The notes beneath the pieces were generated by a model that worked only from the letters and a program-made list of their open reading frames with translations, ran no database searches and was not told where the DNA came from. This document shows positions 1 to 9,662 of a DNA stretch of 64,000 nt, in pieces; positions within the stretch are counted from its first letter, which is position 1, and every line of letters begins with the position of its first letter. Position numbers and translations under genes: made by a program. Origin of the DNA: Thermoplasmata archaeon (GTDB lineage: Archaea; Thermoplasmatota; Thermoplasmata; Lutacidiplasmatales; UBA184); assembly GCA_035656255.1 (NCBI GenBank), contig DASRSV010000018.1, positions 68,384 through 132,383 of the forward strand, in the 5' to 3' direction.

Positions 1-416
1 GCGGCCGGAGCGAACACGTCGCGGCCCTCGAAGGTCGTACTTACGCGGGCCCCCGGGGCGACTCGCTTCGGATCGAGGCGCATCACGCGGCGGACGCCGA
101 GCGCCTCCGCCAGGGGAACGAGTAGCCCGTTGTCCGGGCCCACCAAACGAGAGCCGTCGGCGGTCTCGATCGCGACCGGAGCTCGGCGACCCCCGACCCC
201 GGGGTCGACGACGGCCAGATGCACCGTACCGGCGGGGAAGCGCTCGGCCGCATGGTGAAGAAAGAAGCCGGCCTCGCCGACGCGGTGCGGCGCGAGATCG
301 TCCGCGAGGTCGACCACACTACCCGGCGGGAGGGAGGAGTACAGGACCGCGCGCATCTGCGCGGCGTAGACCGGACCGACGTCGGTGGTGAGCGTGACGA
401 GGCGCGGTCGGGGCAC
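1..416 (-). CDS. DUF62-family SAM hydroxide adenosyltransferase (fluorinase/chlorinase-like); 5' part only, continues past window start
   Basis: Hand translation of minus strand from GTG at 414-416(c): VPRPRLVTLTTDVGPVYAAQMRAVLYSSLPPGSVVDLADDL...FPAGTVHLAVVDPGVGGRRAPVAIETADGSRLVGPDNGLLVPLAEALG. TDFG-like N-terminus, VVDPGVG and GPDNGLL motifs. No stop before position 1, so it is missing from the ORF track. Confidence 0.6.
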   Translation of the reverse strand, partial: MPRPRLVTLTTDVGPVYAAQMRAVLYSSLPPGSVVDLADDLAPHRVGEAGFFLHHAAERFPAGTVHLAVVDPGVGGRRAPVAIETADGSRLVGPDNGLLVPLAEALGVRRVMRLDPKRVAPGARVSTTFEGRDVFAPA

Positions 417-455
417 GATCGCGCGGCCCGGACCGGTGCGAGCGCGGAGCGCCGT

Positions 456-782
456 CTACGACTTCATGATCGCCACGAGGAATATGGCGACCGCGGCGAT
501 CGCACCGATGGCCCCCGCGAGGATCACGAGGAACGCCTGCCAGATGAGGCCGCTCAGGGACGGGTCCTGCCCCGCGACGTGGTACCAGTAGCCGCTCGCG
601 AGCCCGACGACGAGCCCGACCACGAGGAGGACGACGCCGATCGTCCGGCTCTTGCCACTGCCGAAGTAGGCGGTGAACAACCCCGCGAGGATGAGGAACA
701 GCCCGAAGATCAGGAGGAGGATCACGCCGAACTGGAACACTCCGACGCTCAGCGCTTCGGCCCCCATCGTCACGATATCCAT
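456..782 (-). CDS. small integral membrane protein (3-4 predicted TM helices), function unknown
   Basis: 108-aa ORF, strongly hydrophobic (GVILLLIFGLFLILAGLF..., VVLLVVGLVVGLASGYWY). Sits between the Lrp-like gene and DUF62 gene on the same strand with short gaps. Confidence 0.6.
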   Translation of the reverse strand: MDIVTMGAEALSVGVFQFGVILLLIFGLFLILAGLFTAYFGSGKSRTIGVVLLVVGLVVGLASGYWYHVAGQDPSLSGLIWQAFLVILAGAIGAIAAVAIFLVAIMKS

Positions 783-802
783 CGATGATTTCCCCCGACT
801 GC

Positions 803-1036
803 TCAGAACTTGATGCCCGTGAGGGTCTTCGTGTCGATCACGCCCGGCACCGACCGGATCTTGTCGACGACGAGCTGACCGAGCGCGTTGAAGTCCTCGG
901 CCTCGACCTTCGCGATCAGGTCGTACTCGCCGAACAGCGGATGGAGCTCCACGATCCCCTTCACGCGCAGGAGCTCCGTGTAGACCTCATGCTCCTTGGC
1001 CGGGGCGGTGCTGATCAGGACGAAACCGATCGCCAA
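803..1036 (-). CDS. stand-alone RAM-domain (Lrp/AsnC C-terminal ligand-binding domain) protein
   Basis: 77 aa: HEVYTELLRVKGIVELHPLFGEYDLIAKVEAEDFNALGQLVVDKIRSVPGVIDTKT matches the AsnC-type effector-binding fold. No HTH. Confidence 0.7.
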   Translation of the reverse strand: MAIGFVLISTAPAKEHEVYTELLRVKGIVELHPLFGEYDLIAKVEAEDFNALGQLVVDKIRSVPGVIDTKTLTGIKF

Positions 1037-1077
1037 CGGTAATCCTCGCCGTGGACGCGCGCCGACTACGGCCCCCC

Positions 1078-1083
1078 GTTATA
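1078..1083 (-). promoter_or_regulatory. TATA-like element TTATAA in divergent region (RAM-domain operon / MFS gene)
   Basis: AT-rich palindromic hexamer in a ~70% GC background, about 42-47 nt upstream of the minus-strand ATG at 1036. A second CTTATAG at 1175-1181 lies ~35 nt upstream of the MFS ATG at 1215. Confidence 0.3.
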
Positions 1084-1214
1084 AGGGTTGTCGCCGGAAG
1101 AACGACCGGTTTCACGAGAGGCGCGCGTTGGCGCGATCGTGGAGTGGCCCGGTCACCGCCGCTCGAAAGCGACCCTTATAGCGAGCGCCTCCGACGAAGG
1201 GCGCTGGGCGACCG

Positions 1215-2618
1215 ATGGAACACCATGTCCGGACCTGGCCGACCCGATTGGTCGCGCGTCCGTGGTTGCTCGCCTTCGTCCCGGTGAACGCCGCGAGCGC
1301 GGGATTCGGCGTCACCCTTCCCCTCCTGATCCTGGTGCGGCTCCACGGGAGCTGGGCCCAGGTTGCGCTCGCGGCCGCGCTCTTCAACGGCGCGGTGATC
1401 GGGGCCTCCCTCGTCTGGGGTCTCGTCACGGACCGCGTGCCGGGCCGTCGGTATCTCCTCCTCGTGAACTACGCCGGCTTCGCCGTCGGGTACCTCGCGC
1501 TCGCCTTCGTCCACTCCATCCCTGGGGTCCTCGCGCTGTACTTCGGGATCGGGCTCGTCGCTCCCGCCGGTGCGAACGCCTCGAACCTCCTCATCCTCGA
1601 GCGGTTCGGCACGGCGGAGCGGCCCGGCGGGTTCGCCTCCTTCCAGGAGGTGAGCATGCTCGGCGCGGTGGCCGGGCTGCTCATCGGCTACGTCTGGCTC
1701 GCCGGTCACGCCCCGCTCGCGCCGCTCCTCTACGTCCTCGCCGCGCTCGCGGGCGCGAGCGCGGTGGCGGTCGTCTTCGGAGTGAGGGACGCGCCCACTC
1801 CGATGCACATCTCGGCGGTCGTGCGCCATCCCGAAGGGCTCGCCTCGCGGCTGAGGCACTCCCTCGCGATGCGGACGACGTTTCCCTTCTTCCCCCGCGT
1901 TCCGAAGCTCCGGGCGGGTGCCGGGTCCCGATTCCGTCGTTGGGTCCGTGAGGAGGCCCACCACGAGCTGCCGCTGATCTTCGCGGCGACCCTCCTGTTC
2001 AACTTCAGCGCGAACCTGTTCAACGTATCGTACACACCTTACCTCCTTGCGGCCGGAGTCGGCACGGCCTCGATCTTCCTCGTGAACCTCGGCAACAACC
2101 TCGCGCAGACGGTCGCCTTTCCCTTCTCCGGATCACTCTCGGCGCGCGAAGGCGCCGACCGGCTCGTCCGACAGTCGACGTACGTCCGTAGCCTCGGGTA
2201 TCTCGCCGTCGCCGGTTTCACGTTCGCGGTGCTCACCGGAGGGACCGCGTTCGCCCTCAACGCCGTGGCGTTCGCCGTGATGGGCGCGGCGATCGCCCTC
2301 TACTCGACCTCTTCCTCCGTCATCCTGTTCCGCTCCCTTGAAGGCCGGGACGCGGGCAGCCTGATCGGGCTCAACAGCGCGCTCGGCGGCCTCGCGGCCG
2401 TCGGAGGGGCGGTCGCCTCCGGCGTGCTGGCCGTGTTCGGAAGCTACCGGATCGTGTTCCTGGTCTCGGCGCTCACGCTCCTCGCCTCGTTGCCGCTGTG
2501 GGCGCTCGCGCACATGGCGACGATGCGTCGTCAGCCACGGGGCGGCCCGGCCCCGTCGGCAGCCCCGGCGAAGGTGGAGCGCGAGAGCCGCGCCGTGATC
2601 GCGGCGCAAACCGAATAG
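1215..2618 (+). CDS. MFS-type transporter (about 12 TM helices)
   Basis: 467-aa hydrophobic ORF with repeated TM segments and Gly/Ala-rich helices. It sits directly upstream of citrate synthase. Start codon not verified. Confidence 0.7.
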   Translation: MEHHVRTWPTRLVARPWLLAFVPVNAASAGFGVTLPLLILVRLHGSWAQVALAAALFNGAVIGASLVWGLVTDRVPGRRYLLLVNYAGFAVGYLALAFVHSIPGVLALYFGIGLVAPAGANASNLLILERFGTAERPGGFASFQEVSMLGAVAGLLIGYVWLAGHAPLAPLLYVLAALAGASAVAVVFGVRDAPTPMHISAVVRHPEGLASRLRHSLAMRTTFPFFPRVPKLRAGAGSRFRRWVREEAHHELPLIFAATLLFNFSANLFNVSYTPYLLAAGVGTASIFLVNLGNNLAQTVAFPFSGSLSAREGADRLVRQSTYVRSLGYLAVAGFTFAVLTGGTAFALNAVAFAVMGAAIALYSTSSSVILFRSLEGRDAGSLIGLNSALGGLAAVGGAVASGVLAVFGSYRIVFLVSALTLLASLPLWALAHMATMRRQPRGGPAPSAAPAKVERESRAVIAAQTE

Positions 2619-2652
2619 CCCACCTCCCGTCCGGTCCCTAGGGTCGACCGTC

Positions 2653-3840
2653 GTGCCCGAGCCGGAGGTCCAACGCGGGCTCGAGGACGTGGTCGCCCTC
2701 GAATCCGGTCTCTGCTTCATCGACGGTAAGGGCGGCCGCTTGCTCTACCGCGGCTACGACATCCGCGACCTCGCGGCCCAGTCGACGTTCGAGGAGGTCG
2801 CCTACCTGCTCTGGTACGGACGGCTCCCGACGCGCGACCAGCTCGTCGAGCTCCGTCATCGCCTCGTCGAGCTGCGCCGGCTCCCCGCCGAGCTCGAATC
2901 GCTCCTCGACCGGCTCCCGGCGACGAGCCTTCCGATGGACGTCCTGCGCACGGCGGTGAGCGCGCTCGCTTCGGTCGAGCCGGACGGGTCGCGGGCCGGC
3001 TCGAGCTCGATCGGTGGGGCGCTCCGACTCACCGCGATCCTCCCGTCGATCATGGGCTACCTCCAGCGGCGGAGGACGGGCGGCGCCCCCCTGGGAAGTC
3101 GGCCGGACCTCCACCACGCCGGCTACGTCCTCTACGCGCTCAACGACGACCCGGGCGACGAGCTCGCGCAGCGGGCGATGGACGTCGCGCTCATCCTCCA
3201 CGCCGACCACGAGCTCAACGCCTCCACGTTCGCGGCGCGGGTGACCGCTTCGACGCTGAGCGACCTCTACAGCGCGATCACGAGCGCGATCGGGACGCTC
3301 AAGGGCCCGCTCCACGGAGGGGCGAACGAGCGCGTCATGGAGCTCCTCGCCGAGATCGGAACCCCCGACCGCGCCGAGGAGGTCGTCACCGCGAAGCTCG
3401 CCCGCCACGAGCGGATCATGGGGTTCGGCCATCGGGTCTACAAGGTCGAGGACCCCCGCGCGACGATCCTCCGCGCCTGGTCGCGGCGGCTCGGCGAGGC
3501 GAAGGGAAGCCTCACGCCCCACGAGACCCTCGGGCGCATCGAGCAGATCGTCCACCGCGAGAAGGGACTCTACCCGAACGTCGACCTGTACAGTGGGAGC
3601 GTCTACTCCCTCCTCGGAATCCCTTCGGACCTGTTCACCCCGCTGTTCGCGGCGAGCCGCGTCGTCGGGTGGACGGCGCACGTGCTCGAGGAGTACCAGG
3701 ACCTCCGTCTGATCCGGCCGATGGCCCGCTACATCGGGCCTACGGAGATGACGTACGTCCCGATCGAGCAGCGCCTCGCCGCCGCCGAGGCGGCTCCCGC
3801 CGGGGCGAGGGCGGCGAGCGAACCCGCTCGACCCGCATGA
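2653..3840 (+). CDS. gltA: citrate synthase
   Basis: YRGYDIRDLA, GPLHGGANE, MGFGHRVYK, DLYSGSVY citrate synthase signature motifs. GTG start. Confidence 0.9.
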   Translation: MPEPEVQRGLEDVVALESGLCFIDGKGGRLLYRGYDIRDLAAQSTFEEVAYLLWYGRLPTRDQLVELRHRLVELRRLPAELESLLDRLPATSLPMDVLRTAVSALASVEPDGSRAGSSSIGGALRLTAILPSIMGYLQRRRTGGAPLGSRPDLHHAGYVLYALNDDPGDELAQRAMDVALILHADHELNASTFAARVTASTLSDLYSAITSAIGTLKGPLHGGANERVMELLAEIGTPDRAEEVVTAKLARHERIMGFGHRVYKVEDPRATILRAWSRRLGEAKGSLTPHETLGRIEQIVHREKGLYPNVDLYSGSVYSLLGIPSDLFTPLFAASRVVGWTAHVLEEYQDLRLIRPMARYIGPTEMTYVPIEQRLAAAEAAPAGARAASEPARPA

Positions 3841-4203
3841 GCGGGTAGCGCAGGTCCGCGCGGTGCCGCAGGGTCGCCTCGACCGAGACCGGGCCGTCGG
3901 CGAGCCTCAGGCGCACGCGCAACATCTCGGGCGTGAGGTAGCGGTAGGCGAACGCCCCGCGGCCCCGCGGGCCCCCGCGCCGCGGGTCGATGGCGACCGC
4001 GGCGGCGACGACGTACGGTTGGAGCTCGACGGCGCGGGCGATCGTCCGGGCCAGCGCGCCGGCCGTACGTGCGTCGACCGGCGTGCCGAGGTACTGGTGA
4101 AAGACGCCGCCCAGCTTGACCCCGGCCTCGAAGAGCAGCGCCTCCCGGGGCGTGAGCACGGCCCGATGGAGGGCGGCCGGTCCGCGCGGGCGCGGTCGGC
4201 GGC

Positions 4204-4953
4204 TCAACGGTCGTCCTCTCCTCGCTTCTTGAGGAGGATCGGGCCGGCGACATAGTACGCCACCACCCCGGCCGCCGCGACGCCGGCCGCGACCTCCGTC
4301 GCGAGGAACGCGACCGAGCCCGGGGCGAGCCGGAGCTGGAGCGGGACCAGGGCCGCGGCGATCGCGACCGCCGTCACGATCGACTCCCGTCGGAGCGGGG
4401 CCCCGCGACGGATCTTGGGGAACGGGAGGGGCACGAGCATCATCACCGCCGCCGCCGTCGCACCGAGCAGGACGAGCGGAGGGAACGTCCCCAGGTACCC
4501 CGGCACGTCGGCGAAGAGGACCAAGAGGATCACCGAGAGTGCGGCCTGCGGGGTCGGAACGCCGAGGAACGACGACCGCCGATAGCCGGCCGTCGAGAAG
4601 CGGACAAGGCGCGTGAACGCGCACACGGCGTAGAGGCCGGCGAAGACGTAGATCCCGGGGGTGAACACCGCCCACGCCTGCGGTTGGTCGGTGTGGACCG
4701 CGAGGAGCATGGCGGGGGCGATGCCGAAGGTGATCGCGTCCGCCGCGCTGTCCGCGTACCGGCCGAACGTCGAAGCCGGGCCGCCGGCCCGCCGCGAGAG
4801 CACCCCGTCGAGGCCATCGAACGCGATCCCGCTCGCGATGAGGAGCATCGCCCAGAGCTTGTTGCCGGCGAGGACGTAGGCGACGGAGCCGACCCCGACG
4901 GCCGCGTTGGCGAGCGTGGCGAGGTTGGCGTAGAGTCGCGCCCGCGACATCAC
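4204..4953 (-). CDS. pssA: CDP-alcohol phosphatidyltransferase (archaetidylserine synthase-like)
   Basis: DGLDGVLSRRAGGPASTFGRYADSAADAI matches the D-G-x2-A-R...G-x3-D-x3-D motif. Multi-TM. 4-nt overlap with upstream psd. Confidence 0.8.
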   Translation of the reverse strand: MMSRARLYANLATLANAAVGVGSVAYVLAGNKLWAMLLIASGIAFDGLDGVLSRRAGGPASTFGRYADSAADAITFGIAPAMLLAVHTDQPQAWAVFTPGIYVFAGLYAVCAFTRLVRFSTAGYRRSSFLGVPTPQAALSVILLVLFADVPGYLGTFPPLVLLGATAAAVMMLVPLPFPKIRRGAPLRRESIVTAVAIAAALVPLQLRLAPGSVAFLATEVAAGVAAAGVVAYYVAGPILLKKRGEDDR

Positions 4954-5576
4954 GGCTTCACGCGCGCGATCGTCGTCTCGCCGGCGCGGACGCGCCCCCC
5001 CGGGACGACGGTCGGATAGACCCGGTCGGCGGGGAGGAGCACGTCGACCCGCGAACCCAGGACGATCATGCCGAGCCGATCGCCCTTCTTCCGCTCGTCC
5101 CCGCTCCCGACGAACGAGACGAGCCGCCGCGCGAACGCTCCCGTGAGCTGGGTGAGCTCGACGGGGCCGACCGCCGTCGTGAGGTGGTAGGCGCGCCGGA
5201 CGTTGTGCGCCGCGCCGGCCGCATAGGCCGGACGGAACCCCTTCCCCGCCTCCTCCACGCGCTCGACCTTCGCGTCGATCGGGAAGCGGTTCACGTGCAC
5301 GTCGTAGACGTTCATGAAGATCGAGACGAGGAGCGTGTCGGCGTTCTGGCCGACCTCGCGGATTCGGCCGTCCGCGGGGGAGACGATCCCCTCGCCGGGC
5401 GCGCGGTCGGGGTCGCGGAAGAACACGGCGAGGAACGCCCAGACGGCCCAGCCGGCGAGGATGAGCGCGATCAGCGCGAAGGTGCGCGGCAGGAGGTCCG
5501 CGCCACCGAGCGCGGAGACGACCGCGAGCGCGACCGCCCCACCAACGAGGGGGCGACCCACGCCGGGGGCGAACAC
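4950..5576 (-). CDS. psd: phosphatidyl(archaetidyl)serine decarboxylase proenzyme
   Basis: Family hallmarks FMNVYDVHVNRFP and the LGSRVDV (G-S-T-like) self-cleavage region. Confidence 0.8.
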   Translation of the reverse strand: MFAPGVGRPLVGGAVALAVVSALGGADLLPRTFALIALILAGWAVWAFLAVFFRDPDRAPGEGIVSPADGRIREVGQNADTLLVSIFMNVYDVHVNRFPIDAKVERVEEAGKGFRPAYAAGAAHNVRRAYHLTTAVGPVELTQLTGAFARRLVSFVGSGDERKKGDRLGMIVLGSRVDVLLPADRVYPTVVPGGRVRAGETTIARVKP

Positions 5577-5583
5577 GGGCCGG

Positions 5584-5895
5584 CTACGTCTTGAGGACGA
5601 TCTCGATGTTGACGCCGTCCGGCACCTGGATCCGCATCACCTGGCGGAGCGCCCGTTCGTCGGCGTCGATGTCGATGAGCCGCTTGTGGATCCGCATCTC
5701 CCAGTGGTCGATCGTGCTCGTCCCCCCGCCGTCGGGGCCCTTGCGGACGGGGACCTTGAGCCGCTTCGTCGGGAGCGGGATCGGCCCGGCGATCTCGACG
5801 CCGGTCTTCTGGCCGATCTCTCGGATCTGGCTGCAGACCCGGTCGACCTTGCGGGGGTCCGTGCCGGAAAGTGCGATGCGGGCCTTGGCGGGCAA
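5584..5895 (-). CDS. rps10: 30S ribosomal protein S10
   Basis: [20 protein letters not shown]...[15 protein letters not shown], archaeal S10. Located immediately downstream of aEF-1alpha. Confidence 0.95.
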   Translation of the reverse strand: MPAKARIALSGTDPRKVDRVCSQIREIGQKTGVEIAGPIPLPTKRLKVPVRKGPDGGGTSTIDHWEMRIHKRLIDIDADERALRQVMRIQVPDGVNIEIVLKT

Positions 5896-5922
5896 ACGAC
5901 TCCCGGGAAGCTCGTGGGGGGC

Positions 5923-7203
5923 CTAGCCCTCGCGCTTCTTGACCTCGACCACGACGCCAGCGGCAACGGTCTGGCCCATGTCGCGGACCGCGAACCGTCC
6001 GAGCTGAGGGAACTCCTTGTACTTCTCGATCACGAGCGGCCGCTTCGGCGTGATCTTCACGACCGCGGCATCGCCGGTCTTGAGCGTCTGCGGGTTCTCT
6101 TCCGCGGACTGTCCGGTCTTCGGGTCGAGGCGCTTGAGCAGTTCCGTGAATTCGCAGGCGACCTGGGCGGTGTGGGCATGGAAGACCGGTGTGTACCCCG
6201 CCGTGATCACGGAGGGATGGTTGAGCACCTGGATGTTCGCGGTGAAGCTCTCGACGACCGTTGGCGGGTTCGCGACCGGGCCCGCGACGTCCCCGCGGCG
6301 GATGTCGTTCTTGTCGATCCCGCGGACGTTGAAGCCGATGTTGTCGCCGGGCTGCGCCTCCGTGACCTGCTCGTGGTGCATCTCGATCGACTTGACCTCG
6401 CCCGACTTCCCGCTCGGGAGGAAGATGATCTTGTCGCCCGTCTTGACCTTCCCCGTCTCGACGCGGCCGACGGGCACGGTCCCGATCCCCGTGATCGTGT
6501 AGACGTCCTGCACCGGGAGTCGGAGCGGCTTGTCGGTCGGCTTCGGCGGGACGACCAGGTTGTCGAGCGCCTGGAGCAGGGTCGGGCCCTTGAACCACGG
6601 CATGTTCGGGCTCGCCTTGTTGATGTTGTCGTCCTTGAACGCCGAGATCGGGAGGAAGACGACCTGCTGGTCGACCTTGAAGCCGACGTTCTTGAGGAGC
6701 TTCGTGAGCTCCTCCTTGACCTCGTTGAACTTCGCCTCGGAGTACTTGACCTCCTGGCGGTCCATCTTGTTGATCGCGCAGATCAACTGCGAGACGCCGA
6801 GCGTCCGGGACAGGAAGATGTGCTCGCGCGTCTGCTCCTGCACGCCCTCCGAGGCCGAGCAGACCAGGACGGCCGCGTCGGCCTGGCTCGTCCCCGTGAT
6901 CATGTTCTTGACGAAGTCACGGTGGCCGGGCGCATCGATGATGGTGAAGTAGTACTTCTGGGTGTCAAACCGCCGGTGCGCGATGTCGATCGTGACGCCG
7001 CGCTCGCGCTCCTCCTTGAGGTCGTCCATCACCCAGGCGAACTCGAACGTCGCCTTCCCCTTCGCCTCGGCCTCCTGACGGTACTTGTCGATCTCCTCCT
7101 GCCGGATGTACCCGGTATCGAGGAGCAGCCGACCGACGGTCGTGGACTTGCCGTGGTCGACGTGGCCGATGAAGACGAGGTTCAGGTGGGGCTTCTGTGC
7201 CAT
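5923..7203 (-). CDS. tuf: translation elongation factor aEF-1alpha
   Basis: [21 protein letters not shown] GTPase motifs. Archaeal/eukaryotic-type EF1A over its full length. Confidence 0.97.
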   Translation of the reverse strand: MAQKPHLNLVFIGHVDHGKSTTVGRLLLDTGYIRQEEIDKYRQEAEAKGKATFEFAWVMDDLKEERERGVTIDIAHRRFDTQKYYFTIIDAPGHRDFVKNMITGTSQADAAVLVCSASEGVQEQTREHIFLSRTLGVSQLICAINKMDRQEVKYSEAKFNEVKEELTKLLKNVGFKVDQQVVFLPISAFKDDNINKASPNMPWFKGPTLLQALDNLVVPPKPTDKPLRLPVQDVYTITGIGTVPVGRVETGKVKTGDKIIFLPSGKSGEVKSIEMHHEQVTEAQPGDNIGFNVRGIDKNDIRRGDVAGPVANPPTVVESFTANIQVLNHPSVITAGYTPVFHAHTAQVACEFTELLKRLDPKTGQSAEENPQTLKTGDAAVVKITPKRPLVIEKYKEFPQLGRFAVRDMGQTVAAGVVVEVKKREG

Positions 7204-7237
7204 GCTGTGGCCTTCCCGCGCGCCGAGAAGGCTCCGC

Positions 7238-7244
7238 TATTAAG
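7238..7244 (-). promoter_or_regulatory. TATA-like element upstream of tuf
   Basis: Minus-strand reading TCCTTAATAG, about 38 nt upstream of the tuf ATG, in the divergent spacer between tuf and the methyltransferase gene. Confidence 0.3.
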
Positions 7245-7323
7245 GACTTCCTCAACGAAGGCGTGCGTGAGAGGGACGCGCACGCCGGGCGGCGGCGCCC
7301 ACGGCGAAATCCGGCGGCCGTCG

Positions 7324-7857
7324 ATGCGGTGGCCGCCGCCATGGCCCTCTCGGATTTGGGGCGCTTGGCTCCAGCGTCGCGCGACCCGTCGATGGGGACT
7401 CCGCCGTCGGCTCGACGCGCTCGCTCCCGCGCTCGGGAGTCCACGCATCGTGGTGGATGTCGGGGCCGGGACCGGCCTCTCCTCGGAGCTCCTCTTCACG
7501 CGCCTACCGTGGGGACACGACGCCCGTTGGGGGCTCCTCGAGCCGAACCGGGCGATCCTCGACAAGGTCCCCGCTCCCCTGCGCGGCGTCGCGCATCGCG
7601 CGGTCGCCGACGCGACCCAACTCCCCATCGCGTCGGATTCGGCCGATCTCGTGGTGAGCGTCGGGGTGCTGTGTTGCGTCCGCCGAGAGGCGATCGGCCC
7701 CGCCGTCGCCGAGATGCACCGGTCGCTCCGCGCGGGAGGCCGCGCCCTGATCTCCGTGCCGCCCGGGATGGCTGGCGCCACCGACCGAGCGATGACCGGC
7801 GTCGGATTCCGCGCGTTGCGCTTCGCGCGGCCGGGGTCCGTCGTCTATGAGAAGTGA
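7324..7857 (+). CDS. class I SAM-dependent methyltransferase
   Basis: 177 aa recovered from the tail of the spurious 847-aa track ORF. Motif I VVDVGAGTG, motif II-like DLVVSVGVL, then RAGGRALIS. ATG at 7324. Confidence 0.65.
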   Translation: MRWPPPWPSRIWGAWLQRRATRRWGLRRRLDALAPALGSPRIVVDVGAGTGLSSELLFTRLPWGHDARWGLLEPNRAILDKVPAPLRGVAHRAVADATQLPIASDSADLVVSVGVLCCVRREAIGPAVAEMHRSLRAGGRALISVPPGMAGATDRAMTGVGFRALRFARPGSVVYEK

Positions 7858-7986
7858 ATATGAGCCGGCGGCGCTCCATGGGCAGCGAGCCGGGAGTTCG
7901 GCTCGGTCGGCGGGAGCTGTGGTCGGCGGAGGTCAGGCCGCCGCGCCGGCTCCGGGCGGCCGAGCGATCCCGAGGTAAGTCACACC

Positions 7987-8436
7987 ATGCTGTGCGAAAT
8001 GTGCGGGAACGACGTCGCGAGCCTTCAGCGCGTCCAGATCGAGGGCTCCGTGCTGCGGCTGTGCGCCGAGTGCAGCCGGTTCGGTGCGGTGCTCGATTCG
8101 GTGACGACCGCGGTCGGCGGCCCCGTCGGCGCCTCGACCGGCCGCCCGGGATCGATCGAAGGACGGCTCGCCGAGGGGTCGCGCCGGCGCGAGGAGCGCG
8201 ACCTGTTCCGCGAGCTTCCCGACATGGACCTCGCCCCGGACTGGCCCAAGCGGGTCCGGGTCGCCCGGGAGAAGCTCACGTGGACGCCCGAGGAGCTGGG
8301 AAAGCGGCTCAACGAGAAGAAGTCGGTCGTCCTCAAGATCGAGGCCGGGGCGTTCCGCCCCCCCGACGCGCAGATCCGAAAGATCGAGCTCTTGCTCAAG
8401 GTGCGGCTGCGCGCCGATCCCGTCGCCGAGGTCTGA
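7987..8436 (+). CDS. archaeal MBF1-like transcription factor (N-terminal zinc ribbon + HTH XRE domain)
   Basis: CEMCGN...CAECSRFG zinc ribbon followed by the HTH VRVAREKLTWTPEELGKRLNEKKSVVLKIEAG. Confidence 0.75.
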   Translation: MLCEMCGNDVASLQRVQIEGSVLRLCAECSRFGAVLDSVTTAVGGPVGASTGRPGSIEGRLAEGSRRREERDLFRELPDMDLAPDWPKRVRVAREKLTWTPEELGKRLNEKKSVVLKIEAGAFRPPDAQIRKIELLLKVRLRADPVAEV

Positions 8437-8464
8437 GCGGGCGGCCAGCCGCGGCGGGCCGGCG

Positions 8465-9394
8465 TCAGGCCGGATCGCCGGTCCGGCGGGGCAGTACCCA
8501 TTCGAGCAACGCCGACTGCGCGTGCAGGCGATTCTCGGCTTGGTCCCAGACCGCCGAACGGGGTCCGTCCATCACCTCGTCCGTGATCTCGAGGCCTCGG
8601 TGCGCGGGCAGGTCGTGCATCACCCAGACCGACGGTCGCGCGCGGCGGACCAGCTCCGAATCGACGCGGAACTCCGCGAACGCGCGCTCCCGCTCCGCCT
8701 GCTGGGCCTCGTCGCCCATCGACACCCACACGTCGGTGTAGAGGGCGTCGGCGCCCTTCGCGGCGTCCTTGGGGTCCGCGACGATCTTCACCGTCGCGCC
8801 CGAGTCGGCCGCGTACGCCTCCGCGCGGGCGAGCAGGTCGGCCGGCGGGCGATACCCCTTCGGGATCGCGCCCACCACGTTGACCCCGACGATCGCGGCC
8901 GCCTGGACGAGCGAGTTGAACACGTTGTTCCCGTCGCCGATGTACGCGAGCGTCTTCCCGCGGAACGCGCCGTCCCACTTCTCGTGCAGCGTGAGCAGGT
9001 CGGCGAGCGCCTGGCACGGGTGCTCGCGGTCGTCGAGTCCGTTGATCACCGGAATCGAGGCGGCGCGCGCGAGCTCGACGACGAAGTCGTGGCGGAACGC
9101 GCGGTACACGACGGCGTCGACGTAGCGCGAGATCACGCGTGCCGTGTCGGCGACCGTCTCGCCGCGCCCGAGCTGCAGGTCCTTCGGTGACAGATAGAGG
9201 GCCCGACCGCCGAGGTCGCCGATGCCGACCTCGAACGACGTCCGCGTGCGGGTCGATGGCTTCTCGAAGATCAGGGCGACGCAGCGGTCCGGTCGCGACT
9301 TCGCGAAGCGGCCCGCGCGGCGGGCCTCCTTGAGGTTCCTCGCCCGGAGGAGGATCGACGGGATGGCGTCCTGGACATCGGCGATGGACAGCAC
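8465..9394 (-). CDS. argF: ornithine carbamoyltransferase
   Basis: IFEKPSTRTR, HPCQALADL, YTDVWVSMG, HDLPAHRG, FDQAENR motifs. The track ORF extends to 9643, but homology begins at the GTG giving VLSIADVQ, so the 5' end is set there (309 aa). Confidence 0.85.
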   Translation of the reverse strand: MLSIADVQDAIPSILLRARNLKEARRAGRFAKSRPDRCVALIFEKPSTRTRTSFEVGIGDLGGRALYLSPKDLQLGRGETVADTARVISRYVDAVVYRAFRHDFVVELARAASIPVINGLDDREHPCQALADLLTLHEKWDGAFRGKTLAYIGDGNNVFNSLVQAAAIVGVNVVGAIPKGYRPPADLLARAEAYAADSGATVKIVADPKDAAKGADALYTDVWVSMGDEAQQAERERAFAEFRVDSELVRRARPSVWVMHDLPAHRGLEITDEVMDGPRSAVWDQAENRLHAQSALLEWVLPRRTGDPA

Positions 9395-9662
9395 GTCGCG
9401 TTTCGGGGCGCCGGGCTCGGCCACGGCCGGCGCGGAGTGCGTCCGCTCAAAAGAATCACGGCCGGTTCCGGGCCGACGCCCCCGGACGGCCCCGCCGAGG
9501 TCCCGCCCGCCTCCGACCGCGGCAATCCTATCAAGGGGACCCGGTACGCGGGCCGCGAGGTAGGTCCCGTTGGCCCAGCGAAAATCTCCATCCCGACGTC
9601 CCTCGGCGGGAACCGCTCCGGCGCGCCCGAAGCCGGCGTCCAACGGCGGCCGCCGGGTCTAC

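Noticed and set aside
3729-4675. Arg-rich ORFs in the gltA/pssA convergent spacer and antisense to pssA
   Set aside because: No motifs, extreme Arg/Pro/Gly composition. They overlap pssA antisense. The 360-nt spacer is more likely non-coding.
7197-7850. 217-aa plus-strand ORF overlapping the tuf start and the methyltransferase
   Set aside because: Out of frame with the methyltransferase motifs. Arg-rich junk.
5314-7857. 847-aa plus-strand ORF spanning the psd/rps10/tuf region
   Set aside because: Arg/Asp/Leu-rich low-complexity translation antisense to confidently identified rps10 and tuf. Only its last 177 codons (7324-7857) form a real gene, a SAM methyltransferase. A typical high-GC shadow ORF.
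8465-9643. Full 392-aa extent of the argF ORF
   Set aside because: The N-terminal 83 codons (MDAGFGRAGAVPAEGRRDG...) lack OTC homology and are Arg/Gly-rich. The gene is trimmed to the GTG at 9394.
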